Assembly: GCA_951406725.2 (NCBI GenBank)
Contig: OX597818.1
Span: 71,548,001-71,612,000, forward strand
Direction: 5' to 3'
DNA from: Octopus vulgaris
Lineage: Eukaryota
DNA length: 64,000 nucleotides
Part shown: positions 26,408 to 38,552 of the stretch, piece by piece
Layout: each line of letters starts with the position of its first letter
Position numbering within the stretch: the first letter of the stretch is position 1
Translations under genes and position numbers: made by a program
Notes under the pieces: generated by a model
Seen by the model: the letters and a program-made list of their open reading frames with translations, nothing else
Told to the model about the DNA's origin: nothing
The model's database searches: none

Positions 26408-26433
26408 CTCAGGATGATTTTGTCCAAATGATT
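26408..26433 (-). CDS. RBBP5: RBBP5 coding exon 2, 26-nt microexon ((Q)SFGQNHPE)
   Basis: Matches human ESFGQNYPE. Polypyrimidine tract, CAG acceptor and GTAATG donor. Confidence 0.92.
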
Positions 26434-26624
26434 CTGAAAAAGAAAGAAAAAAGAAATTTAGCAAATTTAATAATATTTCATTTACTACTAAGGGTTCACA
26501 AAAACAGTTGGAACAATGCATTTCCCCCTTCTTGTTCTGTACTTTTCCAAGTGCAATACTTAAGAATATTCTAAGATTCTGTACCTGCATTTTTCATTTT
26601 AGACCTCTTTTTTTCCACACAACA

Positions 26625-28205
26625 AATCTAGAGAGAATTGAACACTGTATATCTCAAACTCCTGTTAAGTGCTCTGCACTATTAAGCTAAGCAGCCCATG
26701 ACATCAGATACCGCCTTTTATTACACTAAATATTTTAAAATGATAACCGAAAAAAATTATACTATTGTAAATAATTTTTAAATACAGATTTTGTTCAAAC
26801 TTTAAATTTTATTTGCACCTAAAAATAACAAAGGATTAATAGCAGCATACTTGTTACAAATAAATTTATTTTTAAACAATTTTCACTATAAAATAATGTC
26901 ATATTCTAATTAGATCATTAATAATTAATGTTTTTTATGAGTGAAATTTTTCCTTCAAATATGCACATAAACAGAATACAATAGGAAATTACAAAAAAAC
27001 CATAACTTTATTTTATGCTTAATATTTTTTGATGGGGTTTTCTCCTAAATATTCATCTTGATGAACTCTTTCAATGGAGTTCAAATAGTAATCTTCTCTT
27101 AAAAAGACAAAAATATTTTGATATTTTAAAATTATCACCTTTTTTTCATCACTTAAAGCCACACAAGACTTTTTTTTTTTTTTAGCTGATATTTTTTGAC
27201 AAGGTTTTTCGCCATGAAATTCTGAAGTAAATCTCAAATGCAGAGTAGCTGTGAAAACAGCTAAGAGCAGCTAAATACTCTTAGAAAATGGAAAAACAAA
27301 AAGGAGCCAGCAAGCTACTACAGAGAATCAAAGTCTAGAAATGCTCACATGGGTGAATGATAAAGATATAGCATTCAATTTGGTTGAGAACTGAATAAGT
27401 GATGAAGCCTAGAAGAGCTTGCAAGTGACTAAAATTTGACCTTAAGAATAACTTTGAAGGGCCAAGTAAAGCAGTATTTTACAAAAAAATAAAGGAAATC
27501 TCAAATACAGAAGAGCAGTGAAAACTGCTTCAAAGATTGGCTAATTACCCTTAGAAAATGAGAAAAAAGTAGCTAGCAGGCAGCTAGAGAGAATTGAACA
27601 CTGTATATCTCAAACTCTTGTTAAATGCTCTCTCACATTAAGCTAAGTGGTCCTATTTTATTACACTAAATATTTTAAAATGACAAAAATACTTTGATTT
27701 GTTAAAACGATCACTTTGTCACTTAAAGCCCTTTTTTTTTTGTAGATAATATTTTTTGACGATGTTTTTTACCATAAAATTCAAAACATAGGGCTCTTTC
27801 ATTTGAACACAGCTATTGTATAGTTTTCTTTTACAATAGCTTTTTGGCTATTGTAATAGCCTTTTGGGGGCTACTTACCATTTTTCCCACTTAAAGTCAC
27901 ACTATTTTTTTCGTAGCTTATACTTTGTAATGAGATTTACACTAAAAGAGTCTTCTCAATGAACACATTCTATACTTTTCTTTTAAAATAACTGAGATAT
28001 TTTGATTTAATGTAAATTTTTTGCCTTACTCTCCCATCTTTGACTTTCTGTTTTAATGAACCAAATTTCAATTATTTTATCTTACAATGTAGTTGAAGAC
28101 TGGACGATCAATGCTACAAAAAAACTGCATTCAATTTGATTGAGAACTGAATTAGTGATGAAGCCTAGAAGTGTTTGCAAGTAACTAAAAGTTGACCTTA
28201 AGAAA
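26625..28205. repeat. Locally duplicated complex repeat block in RBBP5 intron 1
   Basis: Three segments each occur twice: about 26628/27585, 27149/27719 and 27371/28127. Confidence 0.8.
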
Positions 28206-29932
28206 TCCAGTCTTAGGTGAATGATACTGTTGTGTAAGTTTAAGAAGCAAAGATATTGAGGGTATTGTGCACACTCACAGAAGGTGGTGTGAATATTAAA
28301 GAGACCTTAAGGTAGGAATATGTGGACAACACAAGATAGTTAAGCTAACAAGTCACTTGATCTGCTAGAAATAGCAGCAAAATCTCCGACACATGTCTGA
28401 AAGAAATGACCTGAAATACAAAAAACAAGGTCATGGTTAGAGAATCTTTGCTCCTAGGTGCGCTCAATCAGGATTGACCAAAGGCTAGACAACAATGACA
28501 ATATAAACGTTGTATAACAAGCCTGTCTGGAAAATGTAGAATTCCAGGGTTCACCTCTTGATATGTGCAACTACTGGTGTCAGTCACACCTTCAATTATT
28601 TCAACCAATAAGATGTGAATGATGAAAACACCAAAAGTACAGTACAGCCATCCAGCATTCGTGAATAAATGTACGATTTAAAAAGTATAAAAACATGTAC
28701 CATGTTTTTGCTAATTGTTTTAAGTGTGTCTGTAGTCGTGAGCAGATATAGGACACACTCTAGGTCCTCCCACTCTTGGCCAAGCAAAACATCTAGGGTG
28801 TAATCCTTTTTGCCAGCGAGAGAGAGGATAGAAAGTGGGGCGAAGAGAAAGGAAGAGCTGTATCTGTACCCAGCTAGTACTCATTTATGGCTGAGTAGAC
28901 TGAATAACGTGAAAAGGAATGCTTCAACTCAAGGAGACAATATGCTGCCTGGTCGAAGAATTGAACCTAGCTGAACATCGTTATCACCAGATCACACGTA
29001 ATTTATATTTAACAAAGACATGAGATGATAAAGAAATCCATGTTAGTCGTGTACATCACTAGTTCTTTGGTTGAATATAACGAACATTACGAGATTTCTA
29101 TTTAGTATCGAACATCAACAATGTGGTAGAGTAACCCCCCTTGTGAAAATGCCTCGTTAGGATGTATAGCAGATTATTTTGTCTAGATTCGAATCTGCAT
29201 ATTTGGCTCGTATTACCAAACCTATGATGATAGTAAATGGACACACATATAAATGTGAGTATTTTAAAGACAACTTTTAGTGAGAACAGTGGTACCAATA
29301 TTACAAAGATGATAGTTTGAAATTCTCGGCTGCTTTCTATACATATTTTGATGACCAGAAATGCGTATAGCGGAACACGGTTTTACGATATATAACATTA
29401 AATAAAGGAGCTGCGAGCGTGTGTATGTGACACGCTTACACAATCGTGCAAATAAATCTGGTAATCAAACAACACAAACTGATAGATTGATTTAAACAAC
29501 ACTTGTCATGTTTGATGCGATGTTCAGCAGAAATAAACAATGGGGACGAACTATAAGGAAATATAACTTCCTATTACAATCAACAACAGTAACATTCTAC
29601 GCTCGAACTACCAGACATAGTAGCAAAATAGCTCAAATCACACACCGTTAACGAAAACAAGGAAGGACACTTTGGATAACGTAGTTCTAAATAGCCCTAA
29701 AAAGATGCAGTAGTTATTGTTTGGATTGATTTTAATCAGACTTAGGCTAAATAACAACGCGACACACTATCTATCTATATAGAGGATTCATCTTCCAGAG
29801 AGCAGTAAATGCGTTTGCATATCTAACCCTACATTATATTTGATGAACAACCTTAGACACAGACTTTTTCGAAAACAAGAGGAGGGAAATAAAATCAAAA
29901 TATAAAACTAGATTTTATATGTACCGTCATTC

Positions 29933-29933
<1 letters not shown>

Positions 29934-29978
<45 letters not shown>

Positions 29979-29999
29979 TAAAAATAATAATAATAATAA
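29934..29999. repeat. (AAT)n microsatellite
   Basis: Direct reading. Confidence 0.95.
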
Positions 30000-30087
30000 A
30001 GGAAACAGTAAAAAGAAAGAATAAAACACGAATTTGAAAAAACATCAAGAGAAAGAAATGTTTTGTTGCAAAGAATATAATTCTTAC

Positions 30088-30106
30088 GTAAAAGTTCCAA
30101 GTTCAT
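30088..30106 (-). CDS. RBBP5: RBBP5 coding exon 1 (MNLELL)
   Basis: ATG AAC TTG GAA CTT TTA C|GTAAG, identical in protein to the human N-terminus MNLELL. Confidence 0.93.
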
Positions 30107-30288
30107 GATTTAATGTGACTTTATGAAACAGGTTCTTGTTTTTCCTTTTTTTCTCAGATATTCCAGAATAAACAGTTGTTGGGAGGGGTTTGTCGAAGAA
30201 ACTTGGAATAAACTAGAAACGTGAAAATAAAAGAAATATTATTTTCATTTCTCTCCATCTTCTCATCTCAGCACAGACATAGCTTTTA

Positions 30289-30314
30289 CCGGAAACCAGT
30301 TGACGTCACTTCCG
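30289..30314 (-). promoter_or_regulatory. RBBP5 proximal promoter: ETS-CRE composite CGGAAGTGACGTCA plus a second ETS-like CCGGAA
   Basis: Palindromic CRE TGACGTCA at 30301-30308 overlaps an ETS site ending at 30314, about 200 bp upstream of the ATG in otherwise CpG-poor DNA. Confidence 0.75.
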
Positions 30315-31214
30315 TTTAAAGCTCAGCTCCCTTTTGATTTTTTTCTTAACGGTACAATTCACACATAAAATGTTTTATAAGACTATCGAATATTAAAAAA
30401 AGCAAAAATAAATATTACGGGCCTAAAATCTTCACGGAATCCTTCCCTTTAAATTTTTTGTTGGCTTTTTTTTATTCATGTATTTTTGCAAATGGCCTGC
30501 AAAGATTAATTGTACTATGAATGTTTTCTATATATAAAAGAGTTTATTTAAAAAGTGCAAATGTTTGTGTTATGAACTTCATAATCCAATGTGCCCGTCT
30601 AATTTAAGATTGCAAGCAGGCGTGAGTTGAGATGGATGTTGCTGCTATTTCTAGTAGACTGGGTGACAACGCAACAGGCTTTAGCCACAGTTTCGGTCCC
30701 TCTGATTAAATGCAGAAATGACAAGGGTGTCAAATAATACCACTTCCTTCTTCTATGAAGATGTGGAGGAAATTTTGTAAATATCTTTTTTTTTTCTCTT
30801 TTTTGTTTATATAATCAACACAGAAGAATTCTACACAAAGGGAAAAGATCCAATATTTACTCTACATTCTAGGAGGGAGGAAGTAATGACGAAAGAATTA
30901 CTGTACAATCTGGAGGAAGGAATTCCCGATGACTGAGTTACTCTGAAATCTGAGGGAAGTAGATATGATAGAATATAGAATTGATGTATATACTAGGTGT
31001 ATGATGGCGGGTTTAGAGGAGAGAATTGATAATTGTCCACAAGGGACGAACATAGAGGGGTCGGGGTGTGGAATTCGCCAACGAAGCTCAACAGCCAGAA
31101 TGGGCTGAAGTATTTGTGAGAGTTTTAAGTCCCCTAGGAAGGAGGAAGTTTTGGTCGTCTCTCAATCTCATTCTGGCCATGGTCCTCTTTAATTCAATGC
31201 GAAATTGTTATGGT

Positions 31215-32255
31215 TGTAACATATCTGATATCCTCACTGCTTGAGAGACACATTAGGAATGATCTCGTTTGAGATTACAACCATCTTTGGCTAGTTTGAC
31301 CCTGTTGTGTCCACTGCTCTGATTGGTTGGTATTCAGCGCAGTTTGTCTTTCGACTTATTTTGCGCCAGTGTGTAAGCCAACCAATCACGGCCTTTGGAT
31401 AGGGTCTCGTGACACTTTCTCTGATCCTTCATTTTGACCCTACCACAGACTATAAATAGGCTAGCATTCACTATTCTAAGTCTTTCAGCTTCAGACCTTC
31501 TAAGGTCTAGTCACTGACCACAGAGCTACTCAGCCATGTTCCTGTTCGAGCAACAGACGACCAGTCAGCCGGCCAACCATGCTACTGCTCCAGCCATGAA
31601 GATGCTATTATACACCAGCGACAGACAGGGCTTTCTCCGTCTCTGCCGCCATCATCACCATCGTCATCTACTTCAACATGTACACATCAACATCTACACA
31701 GGTTTTAACTCATGCTGTTTGTGAATATTCACCCTGGTAACACAGTCAAAGTCTACCTGAAGAACTATCTGTATCAAGAGACTCGGCTCAGCATTGAAGC
31801 CCCAACCGCGGCACGACATGTGCCTCAACTGGCCTCTGCCTTGTGACCTCCAGCATCTTGTTATAGAACTTGCTATTGTGTACCTCATGGACTGGTAAAC
31901 TAATTCCATCTTAACTCGATATGCTGAGACGTATCTTATGCTCTGTATTTCTGTTGTATATGCATACACCTTTATCTGTACCTTCTGTCACACACACGAA
32001 CACACAGACACAAATACTTATCGCATGCATCCATATGCTACACTTTGCTAGCACTCACACACTTTCTCTTTGTACACTTTGTAAATAAAGTCTTCTTCCC
32101 TCTCAAACAGTAGAACGGTTGTCGTCCATCATTTATTCTTTTGGCACTGTATTCTATATCATGTATTTGGCTTCATATTTTGTTAGGGATGACCGTGCGG
32201 CATTCAAAAGGAGACATTTGTCACCGACTCCTTACGTACAGTTGTATTTCTTACA
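31215..32255 (+). mobile_element. Solo LTR (1041 bp), probably Gypsy-type
   Basis: Termini TGTAA...TTACA with a 4-bp TSD TGGT (31211-14 and 32256-59). ATTGG at 31322, CCAAT at 31382, TATAAATA at 31451 and AATAAA at 32084, in LTR order. Confidence 0.82.
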
Positions 32256-32471
32256 TGGTCCCCATGCTAATTTAAGTTTTTATCCCCACACTATCCCTCA
32301 AATTAATGCATCTAGAGAAGTAGAAAGAAGCATTAAAAGTTGTAGTTTTTGCATCAAACATCCACCCCACTTGTAAATAAAAAAAATAGTTGAATAAATC
32401 TTTCATTTAAATAAATTTATCTACATTAACAAAGCAAAAAATATAACAATTTCAGTTTATATTGCCTGATT

Positions 32472-34247
32472 TCAATGGGATCCCTGTGACTGATGCAGGG
32501 TTACCCACTTGTTAATGTTTGGTTTCAAAGCTGTCAGTGAGATACGTAAATCCCCTCTTCTTTCTACGTCAAGGCGATTTCAAGTCTTTGACAGCAGACA
32601 CATCACCCAACTGAAACCTGACTCAACTAAATAAGATGTGGGGAAAAGCAAGTAAAAGCAACTTAACGTTTTTTCAGAGTAATGGGTACTCTTTAGAGAT
32701 TTCTTCATACATCCACAGCTTCTGGTATCCTCCATACTTGAACCTTGCTAGAGCTGCTGTGTTATTTTGAAGTTCAATGAAGCTTTCTTGTATGTCAGTA
32801 TTGACTTCAGATGGATCAACAGCGAAGGGATTCACAAACCACTGTGGCACCGTCATTTGGAGTAGATCAGAGAAGCAAATTTCTATATCATTATGTAACT
32901 GCTTCAAACGATTAACGTAATCTGTTGAGTCATCATCAAGCAGCTTGGTGGATATGCTTGCTAAGGAACAAAGCTGTGCAAATTCCCATCTTCCAAGATT
33001 CAGCCAGAATAACTTTAGTTTCCCGTTGAAGGTTTTAATTTTCTCTTTGCCAGAAAACAAAGTGGTGTTATTTCCTTGAAGTTCTATATTAAGGACATTT
33101 AACCTTTCTAGTATGTCAGACAAGTAAAAAAATATCACTCAATGCATCAACAAGTTTCTCTCTAAGTTCTGTTTCACTCAAAAAAAAGGAAAGATAACTG
33201 TGTTCCAAAGTGCATGGAGGCAATTACTCTTGGATAGCCATCTGACTTCTGTATGCAACACAAGTCGTTCAAATTCCTTGTTGTTATTTTCACATAACTG
33301 TTCAAGAGGCGATCTTGCAGTGCATTTTTTTTTTTATCAAATTGACAGCTTTGATAACATTTATAAGTGCATCATTCAAAGTCCTGCCATGTGTTTGGCA
33401 ACCAGATGCTGTTAATGAAGAACACAATGCACCCAAAGCACATTAGGAACAGCTTTTTTAAAGTAAGCACTGAATCCTCAATATCTTCCAATCATAGCAG
33501 CAGCCCCATCTGTTGCACAAGCCACAATGTTCTTCAATGGGATGTTGTTCTCTTCAAAATAGGCCTCAAGTCTTTTGAAGATGGACTCCCCTTTTGTGTC
33601 AGTCATTAATTTCAAAGCAAAAAGCAATTCTTGACATGTATCATTAACATTAAGAAACCTAACAAATTCCATTAAAAAGGCAGAATTATCAGGTAGAGTT
33701 GATTCATCTATTTGAAGTGAGAACTCATTTACCCTAAGTTTTGAAACTAATTGGCTTTCAACATCAGCTGCCATTTCATCAATCCGTCATGATGCTGATG
33801 AGTTGCTCAGAGAAATAACACTAGTAACCTCTTGTGGACTCTGATCCATGACTGTTGAAAGCACTACAGCCACTGCAAGCATAATCAAAGATTCACCAAT
33901 GGTGTGAGACTAACCAGCTTTTGCAATTAAATTTCTATCTTATAAGAAGCCAACATTCCTTTGTCTACTTTTGCTGCTTTTTGAGTGAACATTTGATTCA
34001 CTGTCATCCTTCCTTGAAACTTATCATCACATAACCTTTTGAAGAAATCTAGTGGCTTGTCTTTTTTATCTCTGTGGGCAGTCTCCAGATGTTTTTTAGT
34101 TTGCAGGGACATATACTTTCATTTGAGAACAAAATCATGCATAGCAAACACATAGGCTTGGTAGAATTTTGTGGAGATTTAATGAATCCATAAGCAAGAT
34201 ATTCGACAGAATATTGTCTACACTTTTTTTTTAGATATACTTGCCAT
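32472..34247 (-). pseudogene. hAT transposase pseudogene (ZBED5/SCAND3/Buster-like)
   Basis: MASISKKKCRQYSVEYLAYGF..PMCLLC (BED finger), FSLQIDEST, ACATDGAAAMIG, YLSDILERLNVLNIELQG, FPTSYLVESGFS and RGDLRISLT..., ending SH*. Multiple frameshifts and stops. Confidence 0.92.
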
Positions 34248-35655
34248 GTTTATTTGAAATAATAAACAAATATTTTCAAAACAGTTGAATAAACAAGAGG
34301 TTAGTTTCAAGTCTTTTCATCAGGGATGAATACAGAGTAAGGTAAACCGATATATCCTTTTTAGCCAAGAATAAAATTAGATCTAAAACCAAGTTTATCA
34401 AGTTAATACATTATGCAGTTAACTAAATCAAAGGCTTTAGTAATCCAGAAAAACAGATTAATATTTATGCTTATAAAAAGATGAAAATAACAGGACAAAA
34501 ATTTATCATTCCCTTTTCAGTTGACAATCCAGAAAGAAAATTAATTTGATGAAAAGAAACTAAATTATAAAAGTGATAGCTAAAGCAAGTGAGTTGGTAA
34601 ACTCATTGAGAAAATAGGGCTGGTTTATAGTTGAATCAAACTCGAATTGTCAAAAAGGATTAGCGAAGTGTATTGTAAATGTATTATCTTTTTTAAAGAA
34701 AAATGGTTTTATAATATATTTTGTTATATTCTGTTAAACATAGTTCAATATTAAATTTTACTCTAATTAAATTAAGTATATAATACTATTCAGTGACCAA
34801 TTATTGAATTATTAAATTGATTAATAATTTAATAGTTGTATAAAAGTGAATATAAGAATGACTTCATCTAGTTTTCTAATGAATTGTCTGTTTGCTTTCG
34901 GGGTGCCTTCAGTCTCTCACCTTCCTCTTGATTGCCCATCTTAGTTTGAATGCTTCTCAAAGCCCTTATTAATTATTGTTTTTTTTAAAAAAAATAAATC
35001 CTATACTCGTATGTGAAGAAACAGTTTTCCTGACCGCTTGGGTCCAGTTTGAATGTTTGATCAATGATTTAACTTGGTGGATCGACCTTTCCACCCTCAC
35101 TTCTGACCCTATTGACCTAGATGGAATATTTATGATAATTAAAGTAACTTATAAAAACTTAGGTAAAATGAAGTAAAAAGAAGTAGATACTTGCACACTA
35201 ATGATGCAGAAAAATATAATTATACAGGCAAGTACGGAATCAAGAGCAGAAGTAGGATGAGATAAGCAGAGAGAGAGAAGAAGAAGAAGAAGTGGCATAA
35301 TTTGACAAAGCAAAAAAGGAAAATGAGAGTTGTGCGGATGTTAACCAGTTAGCATGGACGTTGTTGATTGGATGGATTTTCCATGTCGTCAATAATGTTG
35401 AAGTAGTGTTTTGATTAATAACTGTGACTTTACCTTCTGAACTGTCCATTATGTATGTATGTTTTGGAGTTTAAAAATTTTAGAGCAATTTGGTACGATG
35501 CAATGATATGTAGCTGTTCATCTTACAAACCAGACATATAACACTCAAAATCTAATATTCTAACATGTGTTCTTTAGGTACATATATGAGTGTAATAGAA
35601 AATTACTACATAAGGATGATACATCATAATTATAAATGCATATACATGTGTTTCT

Positions 35656-35692
<37 letters not shown>

Positions 35693-35809
35693 AATGTGCA
35701 TTTTTACAAATGTGGTTCCCTATTTTTCAAACTTAGATTTGTGGTCCTCAAGATATATTTCATGGTCCCCTAGGGGGACATATGGCTCCCATTGAGAAAC
35801 CCTGGTCTA

Positions 35810-36120
35810 GATGATAAACATACCCCATACTTCCTCCCTCCCAGAATGTAGACAGTGGAAAGAGAATAAAGATGATAGTCATATAATGTTGGGAGAGTCG
35901 GACTCTAAAGTCTGAGAAAGAGAAAGTAAAGATAGCTGTTATACAATCTGATAGGGAAGAAAGAAAAATGTTAGAATTGCCGTACAGTCTCAGAGGGAAC
36001 TGTTAGATGATAGAATTGCTGTACAATCTGGAGGGGAGGAAATATAGACGACATAGCAAAGAAGACTGCTATAGACAATGAAGGTGAGAGAGTGTAGGTG
36101 ATAGAATTGCTCTACAATTT
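35810..36120. repeat. Degenerate ~40-bp minisatellite (GATGATAGAATTGCTGTACAATCTGGAGG...), also at 30861-30975
   Basis: Related units occur on both sides of the hAT/LTR block. Confidence 0.6.
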
Positions 36121-36289
36121 ACTATTATTTTTTTTTAACATCAGGTAAGAATTTGGTGGGATATTGAGATGGGAATTGCCAAAACTAGAAGTCTTCTAAT
36201 TTACTGTCCTTAGTTGTTGTAATGATGTTATTACAAATTTGTTCAAGCCGGCCGCTAACAAAGCAACAAAACTTTTTGAGTTAAGAGAG

Positions 36290-36885
36290 CAACCAGTGCT
36301 TGTAAATAAGTTGAGTTGGTGTGTTGGTTGAGCTGTTGATGCACACAACCAAGTGTGTGCATCTATTCACTTAAAGAATCTCAGATGAAAAATCTTTAGA
36401 ATGTCTTACAAATCTTCACTATACCACTAATAGATTGGATTTGGAGAATTCGCTTCAGTTTCTTTTGCTCTTTCTTCAAAAAACCTAATATTTCTAAGTT
36501 TTTGTGTAAACTTCTTTGTACATAACCCAGTGCCCCTACAATGAAAGGAACAAATGAGAATTTAGTCAAGATAAAAGAGCTCTAAATTATGCATTAATTC
36601 ACCATAAATGTTCTCTTTTTCCTGGACTTTTGATCGTACATTCATATCCAGTGGGTAGCTGACCTCCACAAAAGTGCGTAATTTTTGTTCCTTATCCCAC
36701 AGAACAGTATCCAGTCTGTTATGTTTGCACCGAATTGCTCTTTTTTATTGGAGTGCTCCACCAGTATTCCTTGTTTTTGAAGGTGTGAATACATGCTGGT
36801 TCTAATATGCATTGGATGTATACGTCAGGATAGTATTGTAAATAGTTTTTGCAACTATATCATGTCTCAGATGCAGATAGTATCT
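36290..36885 (-). mobile_element. 3' remnant of a restriction-like endonuclease (R4/NeSL/R2-group) non-LTR retrotransposon
   Basis: Minus strand reads LRHDIVAKTIY...RCKHNRLDTVLWDKEQKLRTFVEVSYPLDMNVRSKVQEKENIYGEL...VPFIVGALG, matching the RHD, PD-(D/E)xK and K..K..Y layout. Frameshifted. Confidence 0.75.
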
Positions 36886-38552
36886 TTATGTATGTACGTG
36901 TAGCAGGAATTCAGAAACGAATCCCTGTATATGCGGTTGGGCATCATGAGCAAAGCACCATAGTTTCACACGATTGGTGCATTAACCGACTAATCAATGT
37001 GAAGCGATGGCACGAACAGGCTTTTTTGAACATTCTAGAATTTGACATCTGGTCCCCTATAATAAATGTTTGGCGTGCATTTTTATCTGCAGACGACCAG
37101 GAAGGCGGCTGAGATAGCACAGATAGATGACAAGAAACTCCGTCGTCACAAATGTAGCACAGTTGTTTCCAGATATGCTGGGCGAATCGCATGCCATAAA
37201 CTTAAAGTAGTATCTATCTCCCTGTATATAATTATTGCTGTTGTTATCTGTAAGAGACCAACGCAGTTTGTCTTTATGTGTGATAATACAATCATCTGTT
37301 TAATGTTCACAAGTATTGTTCAATTACTTCTACACAGCTCAAGAAACATTCATTCATGAACCAACCAGTCACCACCACAGACCAAACCACAACCTAGAGG
37401 ACGTAATGTACATACGTACTTATGTATGTATGTCGACACTACTTGACAACTGGTATTGGTTTGTTTACATCCCCATAACTGAGTGGCTCGGCATAACAGA
37501 TTGAGAGAATAAGTACGTGGCTTAAAAGGAGTACGAGGTCAATTTGTTCAAATAAAACCTTTCAGCATGGCCGCAGTCCAATGACTGAAACAAACAAAAG
37601 ACAACAGATTCTAATAACAGAAGAATATCCACTCTTAAAGAATAGGTAAATAGAAAGTCGTGACATTTTTGCATGTCTTTAGAAGTTTAGCTGTTTCGTT
37701 CAATTGAAAACAGAAACCAGATGAATTAGTTTTAAATGCATGTACAGTAGTATGAAAAAGATTTTTTCAAGCTTTTTTTTTGCTCAAAGAACCCTCTAGA
37801 TTCAATACCGTCATCATTTAATGTGCATTTTCATATGCCTCCATGGGTCAAACAAAATTCGTTCATTAAGGCAGATTTTTCTTAAGTCGGACGTTATCCC
37901 TGTCGCCAGCACTCACTCGTTTCCAATCAAGATGTTTCCCCACGGTCAAGCATGTTTTCACGGATTAGAATTCAACGACACTGCTTGTCAAGGATACACC
38001 CCCCCACACACACACACTATACCATTGTATTTGACATAAAAATCAGTCAGTTTTGTTTATTGATTTCCACTGTTTCCTGAAATATTCGACTCACCGTCCA
38101 TCTTTTACATTTCATGTCTAACCTGTTGAACAATAAAAGCTACGTTAACGAGCTGCAGTTAACTAACTGAACACATAATATAGTAATATGTTCAAATACC
38201 AGCGAGTTCAACTTGGCTTTTCATTCTTTAATCAACTTAATTTCTCCCTCAAAAATTGCCGGCCGACCACAGTGGTGATCCAGCATGACCGCAGCCGCAT
38301 GGCAGAAACGAATAAACGAGTAGTACCAAAATTGGAAAAGGAAAATGTCAAGTGTCAAATTATTGTTTTCGTGCTAGAGGGAGTACAAAATTACCTCCCT
38401 TTAACTAAAGGTATTATCTCCCTTGAAAGAAAAATAATTCGCTGTTAATCTGATTTTGCTGATTCGGTAAGATTTGCCTACCTGTGGTAACGGCATTCAA
38501 GCCATGACTATTTCGTCATTTTAGAAATATCTAGGCTACTTCATTGGGATAT

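Larger units (their letters stand above)
31152..35804 (-). mobile_element. hAT transposon (Charlie/Buster type) interrupted by a solo LTR
   Basis: Right terminus ...TTGAGAAACCCTG (35804) is followed by GTCTAGAT, an NTCTAGAN-type target. TGGTCCC/TGGTCCT subterminal motifs occur at both ends. Left TIR is degenerate (..TCTCTCAATCTCATTCTGGCCATGGTCC). Confidence 0.8.

Noticed and set aside
32472-34247. Domesticated ZBED/SCAND3-like host gene
   Set aside because: Multiple frameshifts and stops with transposon termini retained indicate a dead transposase.
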